A DNA stretch of 63,393 nt, filler included, from Sphacelaria rigidula (lineage: Eukaryota), in NCBI GenBank assembly GCA_964200075.2. It is 6 parts of 6 records of this genome, joined end to end, with 100 filler letters (N's around TTAATTAATTAA, not from the genome) between each part and the next. Parts side by side here need not be neighbours in the genome. Positions count along the whole stretch, not along the records: positions 31,749 to 42,230 come from CAXNAA020006422.1; positions 42,331 to 52,812 come from CAXNAA020006423.1; 4 more parts are not named here. One strand, written 5' to 3'. The notes under the pieces are model-generated. The model was not told the DNA's origin and made no database searches. It saw only the letters and a list, made by a program, of their open reading frames with translations. This document shows positions 37,450 through 50,400 of the stretch, in pieces; positions within the stretch are counted from its first letter, which is position 1, and every line of letters begins with the position of its first letter. The position numbers and the translations under genes were made by a program.

Positions 37450-39960
37450 GTTGAAAATAATTGGGACCGAACTGTTTGCGCGGAGGCAGCCTAAAAGACC
37501 CCCAAAACAAGGCAGCAGGGCATCGGAATTGGAAGAAACCAAGGCTTCTATCGGGGGCTGAAACAAGAAAAAAGAGGTTTGCAGAGCAAAGGGTTAGTGG
37601 TACTTTCGGCCTTTGCCAGCGAACAAGCGGAATAATCTCGACGACTATCTCCAAGTCGCGGGTTTCAGGTACACAGGGCAAACGCACCACAGGGGTATCA
37701 TTATTCCGGAAATAGACCCCATTTGCATGTCGAACACGGAATGACATGATGCTTGAGGGTTTGTACCGTCACAGCTTCCAGAACACCCTGAGTTCGCCTA
37801 ATTGCTGCGCCAGCTTCAAGGCGTGTGCGCCGCGGAATATGCTCCAACCTTGAATAGAAGAGCGTGCTCAAACGGCGGAGCTTTTATATTTACCCCCCCC
37901 CGGCGCTGTCACCATTTTCTTGATGCTTCTTGTACACCGGTATGTGTAGGTGATTGAGGGAAGAATAGCCTGAGAGTGGGCATTGCAGTTCACTACAACA
38001 GTATACATCCATTTTATGAGATTTGCCACTTTTATAGTGCAGTCACCTCCGTCATGTTGTCATGAGGATTACAAGTGGTGGTGCAAGCCAAACTCGACCG
38101 CCTGCGCGGGACACCCGGTGAAGAAGAAAAACGGTTAAAACGTCTGTGGCTGGAAATCGAACGAATGTTTTAGTGTCTGATCGGATGCCTGTCTTCATCT
38201 CAACAATCGCTACACCAAGATCCAGCCTGGCTGGGCTGCATCGCCTCCACGGTACCGCTGTGCTTGCCCGTTCTTCGCCATCTCTGTCTCCGTTGTCGGC
38301 ACAAGGCAGAAGAACAACTCTCAAGCCTGCAGGAGAACGTGTCCTCTCTGCCTGTACTTCCTCAACCAGTAGGTGGCACAGGTGAGAGCAACTAGTGTGT
38401 TGTATACTCCCTGCCGTTGCAACCAACTCGTGCGCTGCTCCTCTAAAAATCTGATGAAATTAACTGATTACCTCCATATCGAGAGAAGAGCGCTGAGGAT
38501 ACATTACGATACTCCAGGTACTCCGTATTTTTCGAGTATTTCCAGGATTCAGTCCTCCAGAGTACCGAAAGTACTGATTGCCGAAAATACTGGCAAGTCT
38601 TGCTTTCTATTTCAGGCATGTTTTTTTCTCACAGCCCAGCACAGCCTTATAAAGAAGCGGGAGAAGTAGCAGGTGTAGTAGTGCGGGTCTAGAGGCCCAC
38701 ATCAAACACACGAAAACAGCCACGTTGCAGCCCTGTCGGCACCTGCTTGTGCAGCTCTTTGTTGAAGGACCACCAGGGCCACTTTCAGCAGCCACTTCGT
38801 GGAAACATAAAATGCAAGTCAGTGCAACTGACAGGCATGATTTTCCTGGACAGCAAAATATTATGTCTACTTGTAGCAGGCTCGTGGAGGCATGTGCAAC
38901 CACGGATTCGCGGGTTCTTTGACATGGTCACAGGGCGACGTGGTGATAGGGGTCATCTTGCGAAAAAAAGAGAACACCCGCGCTTTTTTATAACAAGCAC
39001 GACACCCGCCATACAAGGGACCCGCGCATGATACTGTATGGTGGTACTACCTTCAGGACCGGTCAAGCGATACAAGCCCGACGGACATCAACAAGTCGCG
39101 GTTTTCGTATACATAGACACAGGCGCCATCAAGGCGCTACCATGCTGGAAATGACAATTATCCATGCATGCCAACTTTGCTTGGCGTAGCTTGTGGTGCC
39201 TGTGGTTTTGTACCCTTATTCCTTCCTAAACACCGCCAGACAAGCCTGTTGTACCAGAACGAAGACATGTGCGCTGGTAAAGGTGTTCCGACCTTGACTA
39301 GAAACACGTTTTACCATGTTGTCGCAATTTATTCGCTGACGGGGGTCGGCGATTGGGGAGCGAACAACCCACGAGTAGACAACGTAGTGTACCGGTCTGC
39401 AGCGGCAATTATGAGGTACCACAGTAACCAAGGTGGTTGCCCACTACTATTTATACATGGTTAGGGGGTGGGCAGGGGGGAGGGGATGATGATTTGTACA
39501 TAATGCGGGGGAATAGGGGTGCAAGCAGAATTGGACCGCTTTGAAGTTGGACCCCGCTGAAAGAGAAAACGGGTGAAACGTCTGGCGCTGGAAACTGGAA
39601 GGAGTGCGGAATAAAGCACTCGTTGACCTTACAACCCCAAGATCTGATCGAACGCTTGTGTTTCCAACATCCGGCACAGCAGACCAAGATTTGACTTGAG
39701 CTTCGAACTGACACCACTACTTCGGTCTTTTCCGGTTCTTTGCTGTCTTCTCCATCATCGGCACAAGGCAGACGGACTCTCAACCTGGCAGGGGATCGGT
39801 CTCCTCCTTCCCAATTGCACTTTTTCAACCGGTAGGTGCGGCATGGTTGAGAGCACTTTGTTTGCTGCATACCCTCTGATGTTGCAATCAACTGTTGCGG
39901 TACTCATCCAAAAATGATACTACAGTAAAGCAGTCTCATCTCGAGGAAGAAGTGCTTATC
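37450..39960. repeat. Old diverged tandem duplication, period ~1.45 kb
   Basis: Matching blocks CAAGTCGCGG(G/T)TTTC (37652/39092) and TCGGCACAAGGCAGA (~38296/39758); boundaries approximate. Confidence 0.6.
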
Positions 39961-40339
39961 CACACACGTTCATGGAAGAGGTACTCGGCTCGCGAGCAAT
40001 AAAGTGCTGTCAGCGCAGTATCCGAACCGTTTGTGTCGACGCGGTGGGTGAACCTGTCTGTATTGAGTCGTACCCTCCACTTTGGTGGCAGCGATTTTTA
40101 CGGACGATCCCTTCACGGTTCGACGAAGAAACGACGGCAGCTTTGGTGGGATAGTAGTGCAGGTCCACAGGCCTTGTAGAACATACAGTACGAAAATCTA
40201 CGCCTTGCCTACGCAGTGAATGGGCCATCTCGTCTCACGGCGTATCAACTATTGCAGCACGATGTATGAAAAACGCTACTCAAAATGTCTCCTCGGAGTT
40301 CTGTATCTTTAGTGCGCATCTGGAACCGTGGTGTGCAGT

Positions 40340-41337
40340 GTAAGATGAAAGCGATCCAAGATCGAGAGGCGTTTCGCATTTGTAGTCTATACTGTATCTT
40401 ACGAATAGTGTGTGCAGTTAGCGATGGGTGGTGCTTCGTTGTCAGATGGTATATCATGATCTGTGGTACAACAACGAAGACTACCGGCTCATTCACAGAC
40501 GAAACATTGGCTGCTATGCCTCCCGCCCCCTGCATTTGCCTGGTTTGCTATCCGGTGTGCGCCGTGCACGCTGCCCTGGCAACATCGATAACTCCCTCTC
40601 GGGAATTTGATACATACCGTACAACAATTTCAACATTTGCGACTACAGACAGTACTGTACAACAAAAATCTTCAATCTTCACTGCTCAGCCCGCACCAGG
40701 ATCTTTAGCCAAGACCAGAACTTACAGGTCAACAGAAACAGGTGAGCAGCCCCCCTCTTTGCTACAGCCGACGGCGTCGCGTATTCCCTTGGCTTCGAGA
40801 GTGCATGCATACTGCGAGTACCGACGCGCATGTGTGCAACTGTGGGGATCGACTCAACCATGATTTTTGAAGTCGACGAATTCCCAAGGTCGAGAAAATA
40901 CGCGATACCGTCCGCTGTAGCAGAGAGTAGGGCTGCTCACCTGTTTCTGTTGACCTGCAAGTTCTGGTCTCTGCTAAAGATTCTGGTGGGGGCTGAGCAG
41001 TGAAGATTGAAGATTTTTGTCGTACAGTACTGTCTGTAGTCGCAAATGTTAAAATTGGTTGTACGGTATGTACAAATTCCCGAAAAGGGCTTATCGTCGT
41101 TGCCGGGGCAGCGTGCAGGGCGCACACCGGATAGCAAACCAAGCAAATGCAGGGGGCGGGAGGCACAGCGATCGATGTTTCGTCTGTGAATGGGCCAGTA
41201 GTCTTCGTTGTTGTACCGCAGATCATGATATACCATCTGACAACGAAGCACCACCCGTCACTAACTCTACACACTATTCTTACGATACAGTATACGCATA
41301 CGAAACGCCTCTCGATCTTGGATCGCTTTCATCTTAA
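40340..41337. repeat. Inverted repeat, ~450-bp arms (~40340-40790 and ~40890-41337) with ~100-bp spacer
   Basis: ORF 40285-40863(+) and ORF 40762-41274(-) translate to near-identical text. Confidence 0.92.
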
Positions 41338-41538
41338 CCCTTAGACCGCGAGGTTAGTATTCTGTTGAATCTGCATCATTTTCAAGTGAAAAAAAGTATG
41401 CATGATCTAGAAAGACTAATCTCGCGGTTTAAGGGTCAACCCTCAAACCGCGAGGGTAGTCCATCTGGACCAGGCATACTTTTTTCAAGTGAAATTGATG
41501 CCGATTCAACAGATGACCTAATCTCGTCGTCCAAAAGA
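41338..41538. mobile_element. Two adjacent ~98-bp piggyBac-like mini-elements (TIR CCCTTAGACCGCGAG, TTAA/TCAA flanks)
   Basis: TTAA|CCCTTAGACCGCGAG...CTCGCGGTTTAAGGG|TCAA, then a second copy in the opposite orientation; third copy at 21773-21874. Confidence 0.7.
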
Positions 41539-42230
41539 ATTATAATTGGTATCACAGTGACCCCCACGAGCAAGCGAACAGTTTGACATGATCAGACTTT
41601 GTCTCGCGTCCTTTGCAGTGGCACTGCTAATGAAGGTGTTTCTCGGTCAATCTGGGGCGTTCATACTGTTCTGAAATTCAAAATGCGAATTCCCCACTCA
41701 ACTAATACCCAATCTCGGAGCGAATCAGACGTGAGGAACTGCCATCAGCTAGGGAATTAGAAGCAAACAGGGTTGAAAATAGTGTGTATGGAATCTATAT
41801 TCTCAAACGTGGTATTTCGGTGGCATGTGGCTCCGAATTGCCACTGATGATGTCTTGCACGGAAGACCAAAAAGCTTCTTGATGCCTCATTCCCTGGTAA
41901 CTTCGGTGAAAAAGCTCCGATCATCCTCAAGCTCGGCAGTTTGTTTAGTAGACACAGGTGTTGCAATCAATCGGAAAAAAAATCGTTGAACTATATTTGA
42001 ATGTTTGTCCGCTCCTTGCCAACTTCCGGGGGTCCCAGCGTGAAGATCCACAGATGAGCAACACTACACTTACTACGGTAGGGGTACACTTTTTTCGCGA
42101 AATGTTGTCTAGTTCAGGGGCTCCTAACGATTCTAGATGCACAAGAATATGGGTGAGGGCATCGCCGTTTACAAATTCATTAGGGATATCCCCAGCACAG
42201 TGGAGTAGTACGAGCTGGGCCAGCCTAGAG

Positions 42231-42330
42231 NNNNNNNNNNNNNNNNNNNNNNNNNNNNNNNNNNNNNNNNNNNNTTAATTAATTAANNNNNNNNNNNNNN
42301 NNNNNNNNNNNNNNNNNNNNNNNNNNNNNN
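42231..42330. other. Artificial scaffold linker
   Basis: Same N/TTAATTAATTAA/N structure. Confidence 0.97.
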
Positions 42331-45300
42331 GGGGAAGGTCCAAACGCCGCTCGTCGGGGGGGGGGAGGTTCGTGGCAGCACCGCCGCCGCCGTCGCCACA
42401 CCGCTGCTCCCGCCGACATATCACACAGTGGAGTTCGAGCCGCCGCCGCCGCCGCACCCGCCGACTCCGCCGACTCCGCCGGCACTACCGGCGCCGACGC
42501 ACCCGTTCACTCCGCAGATGCATCGATCGCCGCCGATATCCCCCCCGATCTTCTCCGGCTCTTCGGCCCCGATACCGTCCCCGATACCGTCCCCGATACC
42601 GTCAGAATCTTCTTCGACTGCGTCGCGCGATGCATCATCCGCCCCTGAAGTGATGGACCATTCTTTCTCGCCGCTTCCAATCAACGTGAGGAAGGAGCTG
42701 GATCTGAGAACAGACCCCCGGCAGCCAGGGCGGACGCGGTCAGGGTCGACGCAATACAAGACAGACAAGGCTGCACTCTTGCACCACAGCTGGGGACTCA
42801 CGCAGCAGTTGGATAATCGATCTTTGCTGTCTGCTCTCCTCACGCGCGGCGTGGTTGATGCCGAGCGACAGGGCAACGGTGGTGAGAAAGGGGGGCGCGG
42901 GGAGATACCGATGTGACTCGCGACGAGGCTGGCGACGCGTGAAATTATAGATACCGCTGTACGTGAGCAGCGCCCGCCGCACATCCCACCGGAACTCCCA
43001 CATTGTCCAGCAAAGAATCTCATGGTCTCCAACGGATACACGCAGGCGGTGCGCTCGGAGTACGGTGATTTATGGAGGGACTCGATGGGGCGGGAATGGT
43101 GGGGAATTCTGGACGCGGGGACGATAGACTCAGCGGAAGAGCAACTCGTGGACAACTATATCCATGCAAAGTGGGTATATAACTGGAAGGCGGACGAGTT
43201 TGGATGGCTCACGAAGATGAACTCGAGACTAGTAGCAAGAGGAGATATGCAGAGGGAGAACATAGATTTGGGAGAGTTGTATGCCCCCACCGTAGCAGTT
43301 TCCAGCGTACGTTTGTTGGCGACTCTGGCTTGTGAGCAAAATCTTGCGTTGCGCCATTTTGATATCGAACAAGCTTTTGTACAGTCTGAGTTGGACGAGG
43401 ATGTTGTCATGCGGTTGCCACTTGGCTGTGGTAGCTTATCTGGTAAAATAGTAAGACTCAACAGAAGTTTGTACGGATTGAAACAGGCAAGTAGGCAGTG
43501 GCACAATCACCTGGCGGAATGTTTATTTGTTTTGGGATTTGATCAGTGCTTGGCGGATTCATGTGTGGTTCGGTTGATTGAGGATGGCAGGGTGATTATC
43601 ACCATTGTAGTACATGTGGATGATATATTCGCAGTGGGAGGGAAGGACAGATGTGACGAGTTTGGTAAAGATCTCAACACGATGGGTGCAGTCAAAAATC
43701 TCGGGGATTTGCGTTGGTATTCTGGGCTGTACTATGAGAGAGACATTGCAAGGTGGACTCTGAGAATTTCACAACAAAAATACGCAGAAGAGTTGGCGAA
43801 GGAATACGGAGTAGAGTGGGGAAAGAGTATCCCCATCGCTGTTGGTGCGAAGCTTGAAGAGTTCAGTGTAGAAGAGCAGGCAACGGAATTTCCGTTTCGA
43901 GAATTGATAGGGTCACTGATGTGGCTGGCAACTCAAACGAGGCCAGACATATCTAACGCAGTACGTGCAGTAGCGAGGTACTGTGCCTCACCGAAACACC
44001 TTCATTGGCGTGCTGCGCTTGGTATTTTGGGGTATGTTAGGCGAACAAGTTCGCTGGGGATTTCTTTTCGCAGACGAAGTATACAGGGTTGAGCTTCCAT
44101 GTTTTTGCAGATGCAGACTACGCAAGTAAGGCAGCTGATAGGCGGTTGGTATCAGGAGGGCTAGTCATGTGTGGAGGTGGATGTGTGTCTTGGTTTTCAA
44201 GGACTCAGAAGTGTGTGACGCTGTCCACAACGGAAGCAGAGTACGTTGCGATGACAGATATTCTGAAGGAGGTATTGTTTTTGAGACAGGTTTGGCGTTT
44301 CATGTTGCCGCAGATGAGAATGCCATGCATCCCAGTGTTTGAGGATAATCAGGGAGCTATTCAGCTGGCAAAGAACCTAATCACAAACTCCAACTCCAAG
44401 CACATCGACGTACGGCATCATTTTATAAGGGAATTGGTTGGGAGGGAAGAGGTTTCGGTTATTCACGTGAGATCGGAGTATCAACATGCCGATTTTATCT
44501 CTAAAGTGTTGCCGACAGAGTCTTTTGAGTTTCACCGTAATATTGTCATGAACATCATGTAGAGTCTGCAAGACACTGGTACATTGGGTTGGTCTGAGCT
44601 GGCTTGATTTGTTTTCGGCGACATTTATCCATCCCGGGAAAGTAGGGATACGAGGTCATGAATGCAATATTTTCAATTTTGCAATGAATTATTTTATCTT
44701 CGATGGGTACAACCGGATTTGATTTTTTATTGCAAACAAAATATTTTTTAATGGTTTCTGGTGTAAGATTTCGGTCTTCGACGGGTTCGACCGGATTTGA
44801 GTTTTTGTTGCAGACATAATATCTTTCAATGTTTTGTTTTGGTAATAGACTTCGGGTGCCACAAAAATTGCCACAGCAAATATCGGAAACTGAACTGGTT
44901 TTCGACTTTGTGTTTGGTTGATGAATTATTCTATCTTTTGTTGAATATATCTCTAGGATTTATTTGACATTTTGGTTTTGCAATGATTTGAGTATTTGAA
45001 TTCGAATTCTTTTTCAGTACTGCAAGGCATGACGGGATGGATGAAAAGCATGAGTATGTCATGACGTATTTAGGAAAAGGACTCAAGGAAGGATTTTCAG
45101 TATGCTAAGTAGATGGCATAACCAAATGTCTGTACAAGGGTGGAACATTTCTTTTATGTGCTTGATGATATAGCATTGGATATTGTCTAGTAGGGTTTGA
45201 GAATTGAGTAGAGTTGAGCCGTGAGTAGGAGGGCTACTCAAATATGAGAGTATGAGACTTGATAATTGGAGTAGAGTCGAGCCGTGAGTATAAGGGCTAA

Positions 45301-45685
45301 TCGAATATACTCACACTCAATGATTGATACATGTAAGCAGGCCTGGATGCGAGGGAAATGGATTTCGTCATTGGACCATGACATATGGGTGAATGACAAG
45401 TGATGAGATGAAGTTCTGTTATTCAAAGTATACCCGATTTGTTGGTTGCAGCAAGAATCCGTTGAGGGGCACACGCCAAATCGCGTGGCCAAGGAATGAG
45501 GCTCTGACGTGTTGTTTTCTTACATGCATGGATCTTCATGAGTGACCACGCCCCTTTTTGGCAGTGCACTCTTCTGGTTTTTTACGGTTTGGTGGAGAGA
45601 GAGACATACATTGATCAACGAGGGAATCAGTTCAATAACAGAAATCCCACGACCATTTCTTACACATGGACCCCAGCCCTGAGTA
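42331..45685 (+). mobile_element. Second Ty1/Copia family: 3' half (Pro-rich linker, RT, RNase H, 3' UTR, candidate LTR 45235-45685)
   Basis: RT and RNase H ORFs are clear; the LTR boundary is inferred from a PPT-like GTAGGAGGGC and TACTCA...TGAGTA inverted ends. Confidence 0.85.
43022..44562 (+). pseudogene. Copia reverse transcriptase and RNase H (single frameshift at ~44090)
   Basis: AKWVYNWK, SRLVARG, HFDIEQAFVQ, LNRSLYGLKQASRQW, VHVDDI, TRPDISNAV; FADADYA, TTEAEYVA, FEDNQGAI, SKHIDVRHHFIRE. Confidence 0.96.
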
Positions 45686-45703
45686 GGAGATTCAGCCCTT
45701 ATC

Positions 45704-48356
45704 CGGCGTTATTCAAAACATCGAACTGACACATGCACATAACGGCAGCGGCTGGTTTCCGGGGTGCCTTACACTGTACAGAGTAGTGCGGTGCAGGACC
45801 ACAACACGTAAGAGTGCGTCCTATACGGCTGCGTACGACGCCGCACTGTTTTTCACTGCCCAACTGTCGCTTGTGGGATCTGGCGCGATACACGTGTGAC
45901 ATGGGACTTAGCTCCGGTCTCGGTGGATAGCAACTTCTGAACAACATGGATTACGGTCAGTAAAGTGAAGAGTTCGGGAGCCAAGGTTCCAGTATCGAGA
46001 TGAAGGGTTGCGAGTCGTGCTTATATGGCGGCAACGGCAAAGAATGACGTACTGCAGTAAACACGCGAAGATTATTCTTCTTCCTACCAGCACTTCTTCG
46101 AAGGAGTGAGCCTGTGGATTGCTTGGAAAGCATGAGAACACCTCACAAGCGCCCGTTCCTCATTGTTCAACAAGGAACGTCACGGCGTTATTCAAGTATC
46201 AAACATACACATGCACATAACGGCAGCGGCTGATGTCCGGGGTGTCCTACACTGTACAGAGTAGTGCGGTGCAGGACCACAACACGTAAGAGTGCGTACT
46301 ATACGGCTGCGTACGACGCCGCACTGTTTTTCACTGCCCAACTGTCGCTTGTGGGGTCTGGCGCGATACACGTGTGACATGGGACTTAGCTCCGGTCTCG
46401 GTGGATAGCAACTTCTGAACAACATGGATTACGGTCAGTAAAGTGAAGAGTTCGGGAGCCAGGGTTCCAGTATCGAGATGAAGGGTTGCGAGTCGTGCTT
46501 ATATGGCGGCAACGGCAAAGAATGACGTACTGCAGTAAACACGCGAAGATTATTCTCTTCCCCACCAGCATTTCTTCGAAGGAGTGAGCCTGTGGATTGC
46601 TTGGAGAGTATGAGAACACCTCACAAGCGCCCGTTCCTCATTGTTCAATGAGCAACGTCACGGCGTTATTCAAGTATCAAACATACACATGCACATAACG
46701 GCAGCGGCTGATGTCCGGGGTGTCCTACACTGTACAGAGTAGTGCGGTGCAGGACCACAACACGTAAGAGTGCGTACTATACGGCTGCGTACGACGCCGC
46801 ACTGTTTTTCACTGCCCAACTGTCGCTTGTGGGATCTGGCGCGAAGCACGTGTGACATGGGACTTAGCTCCGGTCTCGGTGGATAGCGACTTGTGAACAA
46901 CATGGATTACGGTCAGTAAAGTGAAGAGTTCGGGAGCCAGGGTTCCAGTATCGAGGTGAAGGGTTGCGAGTCGTGCTTATATGGCGGCAACGGCAAAGAA
47001 TGACGTACTGCAGTAAACACGCGAAGATTATTCTCTTCCCCACCAGCACTTCTTCGAAGGAGTGAGCCTGTGGATGGCTGGGAGAGTATGAGAACACCTC
47101 ACGAGCGCCCGTTCCTCATTGTTCAATGAGCAACGTCACGGCGTTATTCATGTATCAAACATACACATGCACATAACTGCAGCGGCTGGTATCCGGGGTG
47201 TCCTACACTGTACAAAGTCGTGCACTGCAGGACCACAACACGTAAGAGTGCGTCCTATACGGCTGCGTACGACGCCGCACTGTTTTTCACTGCCCAACTG
47301 TCGCTTGTGGGATCTGGCGCGATACACGTGTGACATGGGACTTAGCTCCGGTCTCGGTGGATAGCGACTTCTGAACAACATGAATTACGGTCAGTAAAGT
47401 GAAGAGTTCGGGAGCCAGGGTTCCAGTATCGAGGTGAAGGGTTGCGAGTCGTGCTTATATGGCGGCAACGGCAAAGAATGACGTACCGCAGTAAACACGC
47501 GAAGGTTATTCTTCTTCCTACCAGCATTTCTTCGAAGGAGTGAGCCTGTGGATGGCTTGGAGAGTATGAGAACACCTCACGAGCGTCCGTTCCTCATTGT
47601 TCATCAAGCAACGTCACGGCGTTATTCAAGTATCAAACATACGCATGCACATAACGGCAGCGGCTGATATTCGGGGTGTCCTACACTGTACAGAGTAGTG
47701 CGGTGCAGGACCACAACACGTAAGAGTGCGTACTATACGGCTGCGTACGACGCCGCACTGTTTTTCACTGCCCAACTGTCGCTTGTGGGGTCTGGCGCGA
47801 TACACGTGTGACATGGGACTTAGCTCCGGTCTCGGTGGATAGCAATTTGTGAACAATATAGATCACGGTGAGTAAAGTGAAGAGTTCGGGAGCCAGGGTT
47901 CCAGTATCGAGATGAAGGGTTGCGAGTCGTGCTTATATGGCGGCAACGGCAAAGAATGACGTACCGCAGTAAACAGGCGAAGATTACTCTGTCTCTGGAC
48001 GGCATTTCTTCGAAGGAGTGAGCCTGTGGATGGCTGGGAGAGTATGATAACACCTCACGAGCGCCCGTTCCTCATTTTTCAACGAGGAACGTCACCGCGT
48101 TATTCAAACATCGAACTGCTAATTGCACATAACGGCAGCGGCTGGTATCCGGGGTGCCCTGCACTGTACAGAGTAGTGCAGTGCAGGACCACAACACGTA
48201 AGAGTGCGTACTATTCGGCTGCGTACGACGCCGCACTGTTTTTCACTGCCCAACTGTCGCTTGTGGGATCTGGCGCGAAGCACGTGTGGCATGGGACTTA
48301 GCTCCGGTCTCGGTGGATAGCGACTTGTGAACAACATGGATTACGGTCAGTAAAGT
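45704..48356. repeat. Tandem array of a 478-bp unit x ~5.5
   Basis: Unit starts at 45704, 46183, 46661, 47139, 47617 and 48095; ORF track repeats at 478-bp spacing. Confidence 0.97.
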
Positions 48357-48417
48357 AACTACTGACCGGCTGGAAGTTGGCACAAACGAAACTAGTCAAT
48401 GAGAAAGGAAGCGTCGC

Positions 48418-50400
48418 CTGTTCGTATTCGTTCATTATGGTGAAGATTCCATGGATAGGTGTCGTATGCTGCAACCCGTATCCAGGTACTAGCCGGATGA
48501 TTTTGGCATACTTGAAGGAGGCGTCACCTGCCAGAATGATTCCGTCCATCATTTGCCATCTACGTGGGATGTAGTCCTCTCTGGTCCAACTGCGGCCATC
48601 GACCTGAAACAGCGCGGCCATGGAAACTTGAGATTAGGTGGCAACAAGTTTGAGACTGGGCGGCAATACGTTGCCATCAAATCGTGAGCACGGCAGCGTA
48701 TGGGCCTTGGCTATGCGGGAGGAAATTCAAGTCTCAGGAGGGCAACGAAAATTACCGTGGTATCGGTCGTTCGTAAGTTAAGGAAAAAACAATGTCGTGG
48801 AACCACCGACGCTATATACCTCGTAGATATCCATCTGATGGGACGGCGCAGTGGAAGCCCTCTCTGTCGCCGGACCCCCCGAACTTTGGCACACTTCCAC
48901 CCCCTCCCAGTCGTTCGAAGAACCCGTGGATGTTGTTCTTGCGATAGTTGGCAAGGTGGACAGAGCTCTTGTACCGGTCCATGTATGTCGTGTGGTAAGA
49001 CTGGGCAATAAATTTCGCTGCCGTCGAAAACCTCTTTCCATTGAGCAAGTCGTCCGTTAAGCAATCCACTACGGCCTTGGAAATGCCACATTTTTTGTTG
49101 AGATGAAGGGGAATCCGTTGGCGATTAACGGAGGCAGGAGAACCAACATCCCCTTGTTTCAAGCGTTAAATGACCAATTTATGTACCCGGGATCAGTCGG
49201 TCTTTTGTCGCCGTTCGCCTTCTTGCACGTATCACAGGTATATGTAACATATGAACGATGCAGCGGGAGCACAGAAACTCGGTAGTTGAATCATTCGTCA
49301 TTCCTCGAAGATGCACACCAACGCACGAGAAGCAAGCTCTTCAAAAGTATGCAACGCAGAGAACCCTCACGCCTATCGTACCGCTCCACTGTACCTGTAG
49401 CCTGTGAGATAGCAGATGTCATCCTCGAGAAAGATTCGTCTCGGCTGCTGCCGGTTCCAACCGTCCAACGCCCCAGGATCTCCACAAGTGGGGCAAGGTA
49501 TGTGCTTGATCTCGGGCCAGATGAATTCAGGAATCCATAAAAACACCCTTTTTAGAGTAAAAGGGGTTGACGGACGGCGGACCTGGGGACAGGTAGCACG
49601 GCGAATAGTAGAAGCGAGGTCACAGAGGGTGAGCACTTGTACGCTTACATCTAAAAAATACTTTACAGATGGTAAGCTCAACCCAGTACATGGTGAAGTT
49701 CTGCGTGTTTTGAAAGCATCATGTGCAAGCAACAAAACCTACAAGATACCCAATCGGAAATGTGATATGCACATCACACTCCTGCACAACGTGGGCAAGA
49801 ACGTGGTTACTGTGCAAATACTTGTGTAATATCTATATTTAGGCTTCCGCAAACGGACAGGTGTCAAAGCTTTATGACCTACCTGAGCCTTGCTGCGCAC
49901 TAGGCAGCGGTGGAATAGCCATCCCCCGTTATATGGGAGCCCGCCAGAATCTTTCTTCACGACGCCCCATGCTCGTGCGCAAAGCTTGCGTCCACCTTAG
50001 CTTTGACCTCGCGTACCCATGCAGACTGGACTTGCGAGAGGCGTAGGGATGGTCCTATATTTCCGGGAGCACCTGTACTGCTGCTTGTACTACTGCGTTC
50101 GAGCGCTGCAGACTCCGCGGTGCTGCCACCGTAGCCTCCGCTTCTTTTACGCCTTTCGCCGCCTCCTGCTCCCCCCCGTCATTGGCATTCGTCTTTTGTC
50201 TCTTTCCGCCGTCATTTGCTCCGTCTCCTGCACTTGCACCTTGCCCTGGACTCTCTGCAGCTTTAAGCAGAACATGATCCCTGCTGCCCTTCCGTGTCCG
50301 CCCGCATTGCTCGAGAACCATCCCCCGCTGCGTTACCATCGCTGCCACTGGAAAAAAAGCTGTTCAACGAACTCTGCTGTGAACCTCCATGTTTGTTCGC
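48418..50400 (-). pseudogene. DUF6729-like putative DNA-transposon protein (spliced, decayed)
   Basis: RVFLWIPE...CPTCG...DGWNRQQPRRIFLEDDICYLTGYRY; FPFISTKKCGISKAVVDCL; AVPSDGYL; LAGDASFKYAK...IFTIMNEYEQ; family assignment is from motif recall only. Confidence 0.6.

Noticed and set aside
42372-43155. Pro-rich (extensin-like) or Gly-rich ORFs as host genes
   Set aside because: They lie in the low-complexity integrase-RT linker immediately upstream of the Copia RT.
45704-48356. 478-bp repeats as a CRISPR-like array or a family of intact 77-aa genes
   Set aside because: There are no spacers, and the repeated ORFs are by-products of the tandem unit with non-ATG starts and no recognisable domain.
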